DNA of 64,000 nucleotides from Promethearchaeota archaeon (GTDB lineage: Archaea > Asgardarchaeota > Lokiarchaeia > Sigyniarchaeales > SOKP01): assembly GCA_019058445.1 (NCBI GenBank), contig JAHPZA010000003.1, positions 387,516 to 451,515 of the forward strand, read 5' to 3'. The notes under the pieces are model-generated. The model was not told the DNA's origin. It saw only the letters and a program-made list of their open reading frames with translations, and made no database searches. This document shows, piece by piece, positions 56,965 through 64,000 of the stretch; position 1 is the stretch's first letter; each line of letters opens with the position of its first letter. A program made the translations under genes and the position numbers.

Positions 56965-58569
56965 ATGGATCTTAAGAGACCTAATGTTGTTATAATCCTT
57001 GCTGACGATATGGGGTATTCTGATATTGGCTGCTATGGTGGGGAGATTGATTCTCCCAATCTTGATAAATTAGCCAAGAATGGGATAAGATTTACACAAT
57101 TTTATAATACGGCACGATGTTCTCCATCAAGGGCGTCATTGTTAACTGGATTACATCCTCATCAAACGGGAATTGGGATCTTAGTAGATGATGACAGTCC
57201 TGAAGGGTATGCTGGAGATCTCAATAAAAACTGTATTACAATTGCGGAAATTCTTAAAGAAAATGGATATAGGACTTACATGAGCGGTAAATGGCACATG
57301 TCCACCAGCACATTTACAGTCTCTGATTCTTGGCCGAATCAGCGAGGTTTTGAACATTTTTATGGTACTATTATAGGAGCAGGATCTTACTTTTATCCTC
57401 GGACTTTAACTAGAGATAATATAAATATTGATGATGAAGCTAATGAGCCAGATTTTTACTATACTGATGCGATAAGTGCCAATGCTATAAAGTATATTAA
57501 TCAACATTATAAAAATACTCCAGAGCAGCCATTTTTTCTTTATGTTGCCTATACCGCACCTCATTGGCCTTTACATGCACATGAAAAGGATATAGCGAAA
57601 TATAAGAGACGATTTGATGAGGGGTGGGATAAATTACGTCAAGAAAGACTAAAACGAATGGTGAAAATGAATATTATTGATAAAGAATGGGAATTATCAA
57701 CCCGGGATCCAAATGTATCACCTTGGGAACAGGTAAAAAATAAAGGATGGGAAGCAAGGCGGATGGAAGTTTATGCCGCACAAATTGATTCTATGGATCA
57801 AGGAATAGGGAAGATCATTTCAGCGTTAGAAAAAAATGGGCAATTACAAAATACTTTGATAATTTTTCTTTCAGACAATGGTGGATGCGAAGAGCCAATT
57901 GGGGCGCGAATGGCAAAATTGATGGTAAGTGAGGGTTCCGCTCGGGAATATACCCGTTCGGGTGAAAACGTTAAATTTGGGAATAAATATCGGATAATAC
58001 CTGGGGCGGAAAATACGTATCAGAGTTATGGTGTGGCGTGGGCAAATGTATCAAATACACCCTTTAGAAAATATAAACATTGGACTCATGAAGGAGGAAT
58101 CGCAACGCCGTTTATTATTCACTGGCCTGAAAAAATTAAAGCAAAAGGTGAATTAAGGAATCAACAAGCGCAATTGACAGATGTTATGGCAACAATCGTA
58201 GATATCACCGGATCCCAATATCCAGAAGAATATAAAGGAAACAAAATCTTACCTTTGGAGGGAACTAGTTTAGTCCCGATATTTGATAATCGCGATAATG
58301 ACAAAGGAATGTTATTTTTTGAGCATGAAGGCAATGCTGCAGTACGTGAAGGAAAGTGGAAACTTGTAAAGGACTATCCTAATGAATGGGAATTATATAG
58401 TATGGAAGATGATCGCACCGAACTAAATAATCTGATTGATAAGTTTCCTGAACGTGCAAAGAATATGATAAATGCTTATGAAGAATGGGCGAAACGTTGT
58501 GGGGTAATCCCAAGAGAGAAGATTCTTGAAATATATAAGCAAAAATATAGAAATGCTCAAATAAAATAA
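56965..58569 (+). CDS. Cys-type arylsulfatase
   Basis: 534 aa. Contains PNVVIILADDMGYSD and the formylglycine motif ARCSPSRASLLTG (C-x-P-x-R). Confidence 0.9.
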   Translation: MDLKRPNVVIILADDMGYSDIGCYGGEIDSPNLDKLAKNGIRFTQFYNTARCSPSRASLLTGLHPHQTGIGILVDDDSPEGYAGDLNKNCITIAEILKENGYRTYMSGKWHMSTSTFTVSDSWPNQRGFEHFYGTIIGAGSYFYPRTLTRDNINIDDEANEPDFYYTDAISANAIKYINQHYKNTPEQPFFLYVAYTAPHWPLHAHEKDIAKYKRRFDEGWDKLRQERLKRMVKMNIIDKEWELSTRDPNVSPWEQVKNKGWEARRMEVYAAQIDSMDQGIGKIISALEKNGQLQNTLIIFLSDNGGCEEPIGARMAKLMVSEGSAREYTRSGENVKFGNKYRIIPGAENTYQSYGVAWANVSNTPFRKYKHWTHEGGIATPFIIHWPEKIKAKGELRNQQAQLTDVMATIVDITGSQYPEEYKGNKILPLEGTSLVPIFDNRDNDKGMLFFEHEGNAAVREGKWKLVKDYPNEWELYSMEDDRTELNNLIDKFPERAKNMINAYEEWAKRCGVIPREKILEIYKQKYRNAQIK

Positions 58570-58584
58570 ACGATAGTCTAACTT

Positions 58585-59460
58585 TTATTTAGCTCTTTTA
58601 AGCATAATTCTGGATATATTTCTAGTAACTTTTTGATCAGGTTTCGGATTGGTAATTACTCGATTTAAGTACGAAAATCCATTAATAAAACGCTCTTTTA
58701 AGGAGGGTCCTATATGATCTGCTCCATATACCATCCTAAATTCATGATTTATTCCATTATCAAATAATATACGATGGATAAATTCTGCACCACGATATAA
58801 TCCTAACATATCTTCAGTACCTACTTCGATATATATCTTAACATCTGATTCTCGAATTTTTTCGGCGTTTTTCATAGCAAGATATGATGGATTATTCATT
58901 TTCCAATACTCTTCATCAAAAGGCGACCCAAAAATTGTTTCCATAACTTCTTTGCTACGGTAAAACTTATCTCTTTTTTTAACCTCTTTCCATTCTACGG
59001 CAGGTTCTATTCCCGGTTCAAAAGATACAAGAACTCCAAATTTATTCGGATATTTAAATCCCATTCTTAGTGTTCCCATCCCTCCCATTGAAATACCTCC
59101 GAGATATGTTTTCTTCGGATCTTTAAAAACTCGAAAATCTTGTAAAAGAACGGGTATTAGTTCATTAAGAATGAAAGTTTCCCATTTCTGAGAACCATCT
59201 CGATAATCCATATAAAATGATCGGTCACAATGAGGAGTAACTATTATCATTTCTATGAGCGATTTTTGTTTCCCCATATCTCGAATAAGAGGTCTAATGT
59301 TATTTTTAAGAAATCCACTGTACCCACCACCTCCATGAAGAAGTAACATCAATGGATATGTATTATCTGTTGATTCATAATCAGATGGATATAGTACGCT
59401 ATATTTAACTGGACTCGGTACTAATTCCGTTTCTATTTTAAAATCTTGGACTTTTACCAT
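58585..59460 (-). CDS. Esterase (esterase D / putative-esterase family)
   Basis: 291 aa. Contains PLMLLLHGGGG, the nucleophile elbow GGISMGGMG, and a late GADH. Confidence 0.7.
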   Translation of the reverse strand: MVKVQDFKIETELVPSPVKYSVLYPSDYESTDNTYPLMLLLHGGGGYSGFLKNNIRPLIRDMGKQKSLIEMIIVTPHCDRSFYMDYRDGSQKWETFILNELIPVLLQDFRVFKDPKKTYLGGISMGGMGTLRMGFKYPNKFGVLVSFEPGIEPAVEWKEVKKRDKFYRSKEVMETIFGSPFDEEYWKMNNPSYLAMKNAEKIRESDVKIYIEVGTEDMLGLYRGAEFIHRILFDNGINHEFRMVYGADHIGPSLKERFINGFSYLNRVITNPKPDQKVTRNISRIMLKRAK

Positions 59461-59501
59461 TATTTTTTTTCCCTTCTAAGTATTATTATTTATAATTTGA
59501 A

Positions 59502-60455
59502 CTATTTAAATTTAAGTTCAGAGATTGCAATCCCCGATTCACCGGCTATTACATATAATAAGAAAATTCTCTTCTCTTCTTCATAAATAGCAGGATCGCG
59601 TAATTGACAGACTAGTCCGATTATTGCCCCTCGTAAAGATGGTTTTGGTTCTAAATTGCCTCCTTCCCAATCCATTTCGGGATGTAAAATTTCGATTGGA
59701 AGAGAGGGTTTCCATTTCTTCCAATCATTTGTTAGTTGAATAGTTGAGAGCAAAATTCTTTCTGGAGAATCTCCAACCTGCGTCCAAAAGATCTGCAATT
59801 CATCTCCATCTATCCTTATAGCTGAATGACGCATATTTCGGTTAAATAGCATGGGACCTTGCTCAAAATTATTAATTCCATTTTGAGATCTATAGAATAT
59901 GCCCGGCATAGACATTCCATAAAACCATCCATTGTATTTAAATACTCTAAGGTAAGGAAAGGAAATAATATCTGGCTCCGCATTAAAATGGATTCCGTCT
60001 TTAGAAAGTGCAACCCTCGTCATTTGGTGTCCGGTCTTTAAAAGACCATGGTAATACATTCGAATTTCTTGTATATCATCTAGGACATGGACATCTGGAG
60101 ATGCTATATGAGGCATTGACTCATCTGGACCGTTATATTTTGGATCTTGAGTGATTTTTACTATTCGATTTGAAGGAGTTGTAGGAAATAGAGATTCTTC
60201 CAAATGAAGGGTACCCTTATTGTATATTTGCCATGGTCCCTCCAGATGATCAGCATATGCCAACCTTATATAATCTCCCTTATGTGCTGAAAAATATAGG
60301 TAATACCTGCCAAGACACTCATCAATCCAGTTAGGCACACGAATTAATGAAGGTCCTGCTATATTTTTTCCTAAACTGTCATCCATCTCAGGGTAAATTA
60401 TTGGATTATTTTTAAATCGCGTTATTTCAAATTTTATAATTTCCTTTTCCGCCAT
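59502..60455 (-). CDS. Glycoside-hydrolase-like beta-propeller protein (GH43/32/68 superfamily-like, tentative)
   Basis: 317 aa. NNPIIYPEM...NIAGPSLIRVPNWI...GRYYLYFSAHKGDYIRLAYADHLEGPW resembles 5-bladed propeller hydrolases. Not verified. Confidence 0.35.
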   Translation of the reverse strand: MAEKEIIKFEITRFKNNPIIYPEMDDSLGKNIAGPSLIRVPNWIDECLGRYYLYFSAHKGDYIRLAYADHLEGPWQIYNKGTLHLEESLFPTTPSNRIVKITQDPKYNGPDESMPHIASPDVHVLDDIQEIRMYYHGLLKTGHQMTRVALSKDGIHFNAEPDIISFPYLRVFKYNGWFYGMSMPGIFYRSQNGINNFEQGPMLFNRNMRHSAIRIDGDELQIFWTQVGDSPERILLSTIQLTNDWKKWKPSLPIEILHPEMDWEGGNLEPKPSLRGAIIGLVCQLRDPAIYEEEKRIFLLYVIAGESGIAISELKFK

Positions 60456-60525
60456 TTTATTATCATTGATATTATGATTAATATTTAGATTTAAGAAAAA
60501 TCTTATCTATCTTTTTTGATTATAT

Positions 60526-61686
60526 TCACACAGGTTTTAACGGATATTTCCTATATTTCTCAATAGCAGCTCTTAGTGATAAAATATTATCCCATGGTGC
60601 ATTGAGAACATTATGACTTGGCCCAGCGAAATATCCCCCTCCTTGAGCAGCAGCACTAATACATCTTTTTACTTCTTCCTCAACATCTTTTGGAGTTCCA
60701 AAATTTAAGATGTCAGAAGAATCTATGCCACCGATAAAGCATAAGCGATTGCCAAGTGTGTTTTTTAATTGTGCTAAATCAACTCCCGCTGCCGGTTCTA
60801 ATGCCTCAACAGCATTTAAACCTGCATTAACCATATGTGTTAATAATTTATCAATATATCCACATGAATGTTGGACAATTAACATATCTCTTTTTTTACA
60901 CGCATTATATATTTTTTTATAATAAGGAAGGACGAATTCCAAAAAGTTTTGAATAGAAAAGATGGAACGCCCTTTATACCCTAAATCATCAAACATAAAC
61001 GCAATTTCAACCCCCGCCTCTCCAAAACGTTTCACAAACTCAATGTTAGTCTTTGCGTATTCTGACATGACTTCGTGGATAAACTTCGGATCTTTTTTCA
61101 TGTAATATTTTGCTCTAATAATTGTCATTCCTTCAAAAAGCGCTTCGTGAGGAGCTATTGGTAAAATAGCCATAGGAAAGAAATATGGTGATAGAGTTTC
61201 AACAAAATCTTCCCATATCTGAGGGGAATAATTTACCTTATCGTTAATCAATTCTGATGGCCTTCCAAACTTCTCCCAGAGTGTGTATCGCCGTTCTGGG
61301 GTCGTAAAATAGCCATCTACATACCACACATAATCCCATCCCGTTTCAATTTGTTTTACGTTTTTATAGATTTTACCACTAATAGGATTAATTTGGCAAT
61401 TGGGATATTCAGGGGGTGCTTTTTGACGTTTAAATTTCAATTTTGAGCCAAAGGGATCCATACAGTACGTATCAACATTCCAAAACTGCTGTTCGGTGAT
61501 AGAGAATTTCGCTTTCTTGAACTTAGGTTTCACCCACATAGTATTTTCCTTTCTTTCCTTGGAATTTAAATAATATTGAAACGAAGTACCACTCTGCTCA
61601 AATCCACTATTGAAAATGGGCACTATATCAGGCTCTCCATCAAGTTCAAGCGTACGTAATACGCGTTCTCTTTTTGTTAATCCCAT
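60526..61686 (-). CDS. Uroporphyrinogen decarboxylase (URO-D) / MtaA-like methyltransferase family protein, paralog 1 of 3
   Basis: The start is set at MGLTKRERVLRTLELDG by alignment with paralog 2. Contains QHSCGYIDKLL and RLCFIGGIDS (an H-x-C...C zinc-site pattern as in MtaA-type enzymes). Confidence 0.7.
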   Translation of the reverse strand: MGLTKRERVLRTLELDGEPDIVPIFNSGFEQSGTSFQYYLNSKERKENTMWVKPKFKKAKFSITEQQFWNVDTYCMDPFGSKLKFKRQKAPPEYPNCQINPISGKIYKNVKQIETGWDYVWYVDGYFTTPERRYTLWEKFGRPSELINDKVNYSPQIWEDFVETLSPYFFPMAILPIAPHEALFEGMTIIRAKYYMKKDPKFIHEVMSEYAKTNIEFVKRFGEAGVEIAFMFDDLGYKGRSIFSIQNFLEFVLPYYKKIYNACKKRDMLIVQHSCGYIDKLLTHMVNAGLNAVEALEPAAGVDLAQLKNTLGNRLCFIGGIDSSDILNFGTPKDVEEEVKRCISAAAQGGGYFAGPSHNVLNAPWDNILSLRAAIEKYRKYPLKPV

Positions 61687-61749
61687 AGTATAAGGTTTTA
61701 AATATTTTAATTTAAAAAATTTGACAATAAGTATTAAGACTTTCAAAAA

Positions 61750-62913
61750 TTAGTTTAATTTTAAAGGATATTTGCGGTACTTTTCAATAGCAGCTCTCAT
61801 TGCGAGCACATTTTCCCAGGGCATGTTTAAAATATTGTGACTAGGTCCTACAAAATATCCGCCACCTGGAGCTGCTACTTTTATACATCTTTTTACTTCT
61901 TCTTCAACATCTTTCGGAGTTCCAAAGTTAAGAACTCGAGAAGAATCTAATCCTCCCAGAAAGCACACTCTTTCGCCTAAAGTTTCTTTTAAATGTGTCA
62001 GATCAACGCCAGAGGCTGGTTCAAGTGATTGAATACCGCTTAACCCCGCATCGACCATATCAGGCAAAAATTCATCAATTTTTCCACATGAATGTTGGAT
62101 GATAAACATTCCGTTTTTTTTACACGCTTCATATGTTTTTTTATAATACGGTAAAACAAATTCTCGAAAACTGCTGATAGAAAAAATAGTTTGACCCTTA
62201 TAACCCAAATCATCCCCCATCCAAGCTACCTCAACGCCAGCTTCAGCAAAACGCTTTATAATTTCGATATTCGCTTTAGTATACTCTCCAATTACATCAT
62301 GAATGAATTGGGGCTTTTTACGCATATAAAATGCTACTTTTGGTATTGTTATCCCTTCGAATAAAGCTTCATGAGGAGAAATCGGCAATTCTGCAAATGG
62401 ATAAAGGTATGGAGAAAGTGCTTCAACGTAACTTTCCCATATCTCTGGAGAGTAATTAATCCGATCGTTTATTAATTCTGACGGTCTCCCATATTGATCC
62501 CAGTAAGAATATAAAATTTCTGGGGTTTTGAAATATCCATCGATATACCATGAATAATCCACGCCAGTTTCTACCTGTTTTACGTTCCTATATAACCTGC
62601 CACTAATTACGTCAAGACGACAATTTGGATATTCTGAAGGTGCTTTTCTCATTTTGTGCTTTACTTTTGAATAGCCCCAGGGATCCATATGATGAGCATC
62701 AGCATTCCAAAATCGCTGTTCCGTTATTAAATATTTAATTTTCGTAATTTTGCATTGAACAGCTAGCTCAGACTCTTTTCTTTCTTTAGAATTTTGGAAC
62801 TGATGAAATGAATCACTGGTACGTTCAAATCCCATATTATGAATAGGGACCATATCTGGTTCTTCATCGAGTTCAAGAGTTCGAAATACTCGTTCTCGTT
62901 TTGATAATACCAT
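61750..62913 (-). CDS. URO-D / MtaA-like family protein, paralog 2 of 3
   Basis: 387 aa. Contains MVLSKRERVFRTLELDEEPD, QHSCGKIDEFL and RVCFLGGLDS. Confidence 0.7.
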   Translation of the reverse strand: MVLSKRERVFRTLELDEEPDMVPIHNMGFERTSDSFHQFQNSKERKESELAVQCKITKIKYLITEQRFWNADAHHMDPWGYSKVKHKMRKAPSEYPNCRLDVISGRLYRNVKQVETGVDYSWYIDGYFKTPEILYSYWDQYGRPSELINDRINYSPEIWESYVEALSPYLYPFAELPISPHEALFEGITIPKVAFYMRKKPQFIHDVIGEYTKANIEIIKRFAEAGVEVAWMGDDLGYKGQTIFSISSFREFVLPYYKKTYEACKKNGMFIIQHSCGKIDEFLPDMVDAGLSGIQSLEPASGVDLTHLKETLGERVCFLGGLDSSRVLNFGTPKDVEEEVKRCIKVAAPGGGYFVGPSHNILNMPWENVLAMRAAIEKYRKYPLKLN

Positions 62914-62960
62914 AGTTATAAGGATAATTTTTGTTTTAAAAAATGTTTGTATAGATTAAT

Positions 62961-64000
62961 TTAAGCTAAATTTAAAGGATATTTTCGATATTTTTCAATG
63001 GCAGCTCTCATTGCGAGCACATTCTCCCAGGGCATGTTTAAAATATTGTGACTAGGTCCTACGAAATATCCGCCACCTGAAGCTGCTGTTTTAATTCCTC
63101 TTTTTACTTCTTCTTCAACCTCTGCAACTGTTCCAAAGTTCAAAATTCTAGAGGAATCCAATCCCCCCAGAAAGCACAAACGATCTCCTAATGTTTCCTT
63201 CAAATGCGCCAAATCAACACCAGCGGCTGGTTCAAGTGCTTGAATGCCGTTTAACCCAGCATCTACCATATCAGGCAAGAACTCATCGATTTTTCCACAT
63301 GAATGTTGTATGATATAAATTCCGCGTTTTCTACATGCCTGATAAATCTGCTTATAATAGGGAAGGATGAATTCTCTTAATTGTTTTAAGGAAAAGATAG
63401 TCTGGCCTTTATATCCCAAATCATCAAACATAAATACAATCTCAACTCCCGCTTCAGCAAAACGCTTAATAATTTCAACGTTAGTTTTTGCATATTCTGC
63501 CATTACCTCATGAATGAATTGTGGATTCTTGCGCATATGATACGCGACCTTGGTAATAGTCATCCCCTCAAAAAGCGCTTCATGAGGAGCGATAGGAAGC
63601 CAAGCCATAGGATACAGATAAGGTGAAAGTGCTTCCACAAAAGCTTCCCAAATCTGAGGAGAATAATTGGGCCTATCATTGATTAATTCTGAAGGTTTCC
63701 CATATTTATCCCAATATGAATATACAATGTCAGGGGACCTAAAATATCCATCAATATACCATGAATAATCTAACCCTGTCTCAACTTGCTTTACATTCTT
63801 ATATAATCTTCCGGTTAAAGTATCAATACGGCAATCGGGATATTCTGGAGGGGCTTTTTTAATTTTTTTTTTCACTTTTCCTACTCCCCATGGATCCATA
63901 AAATTAGCATCGACATTCCAGAATCGTTGTTCTGTTATATAATATTTTAATTTAGTTGCCTTGCTTTGAACCCATGAAAGACAATTTTTTCTTTCATCAG
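62961..64000 (-). CDS. URO-D / MtaA-like family protein, paralog 3 of 3 (5' end beyond window)
   Basis: The listed ATG 63899 is internal. The frame stays open to nt 64000 and encodes DERKNCLSWVQSKATKLKYYITEQRFWNVDANFMDPWG, which aligns with paralog 2 residues ~43-80. Confidence 0.7.
   Translation of the reverse strand, partial: DERKNCLSWVQSKATKLKYYITEQRFWNVDANFMDPWGVGKVKKKIKKAPPEYPDCRIDTLTGRLYKNVKQVETGLDYSWYIDGYFRSPDIVYSYWDKYGKPSELINDRPNYSPQIWEAFVEALSPYLYPMAWLPIAPHEALFEGMTITKVAYHMRKNPQFIHEVMAEYAKTNVEIIKRFAEAGVEIVFMFDDLGYKGQTIFSLKQLREFILPYYKQIYQACRKRGIYIIQHSCGKIDEFLPDMVDAGLNGIQALEPAAGVDLAHLKETLGDRLCFLGGLDSSRILNFGTVAEVEEEVKRGIKTAASGGGYFVGPSHNILNMPWENVLAMRAAIEKYRKYPLNLA

Noticed and set aside
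61687-61746. A 20-codon N-terminal extension (MKVLILIVKFFKLKYLKPYT) of URO-D-like paralog 1 in the listed ORF.
   Set aside because: The paralogs begin at M[VG]L[ST]KRERV, and the extension would start 3 nt from the upstream gene's stop. It is more likely untranslated spacer.
1-64000. Search by eye for tRNA/rRNA genes, CRISPR repeats, transposases or integrases, terminal inverted repeats and prophage genes.
   Set aside because: No G+C-rich structured islands, regularly spaced repeats or recombinase-like ORFs were seen. All intergenic gaps are 354 nt or shorter and AT-rich. Small ncRNAs cannot be excluded without covariance-model searches.

Overview
This is an AT-rich (roughly one third G+C by eye), very gene-dense 64-kb window with about 62 protein-coding genes. 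I could not recognise any rRNA, tRNA, CRISPR array, transposase or integrase. Several signals point to an anaerobic archaeon, plausibly Asgard/Loki-like (lineage is inference only): a delta-alpha-beta-gamma 2-oxoacid:ferredoxin oxidoreductase operon, HdrD-like CCG proteins, HGD-D (2-hydroxyacyl-CoA dehydratase/benzoyl-CoA reductase family) subunits, MtaA/URO-D-like proteins, a stand-alone RAM-domain protein, a PGF-CTERM-like anchor, GGTGA/GGAGG ribosome-binding sites and T-run terminators. The window reads as a metabolic island built largely from tandem paralog arrays: 3x HdrD-like, 3x HGD-D, 3x SDR, 3x URO-D-like, 2x small membrane proteins and 2x coiled-coil proteins. Dispersed paralogs add 3x 3-hydroxyacyl-CoA dehydrogenase-like and 2x TPP enzymes. 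Mixed in are sugar and ester utilisation genes (GH2 beta-glucuronidase, GH172/DUF2961, a GPH symporter, a Cys-type sulfatase, esterases) and a beta-oxidation-like block. The best candidates for undescribed biology are:
- An HGD-D x3 + SCP2 cluster with no activator ATPase in the window.
- A partner-less triplicated HdrD-like array with an unusual N-terminal Cys motif.
- A DMT transporter fused to a RAM (Lrp/AsnC ligand-binding) domain, followed by a stand-alone RAM protein.
- A small uncharacterised locus: a desulforedoxin-like Cys-rich miniprotein, a 530-aa coiled-coil protein and an acidic PGF-CTERM-like surface protein.
- Three genes whose N-terminal coding sequence lies upstream of any ATG/GTG/TTG but behind good Shine-Dalgarno elements (ATA, ACG and ATT candidates; the sequence extension is supported by paralogs or domain completeness for the first two only).
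- A BKACE gene interrupted by exactly 34 nt.
All functional calls rest on motif recognition by eye. No searches were run.
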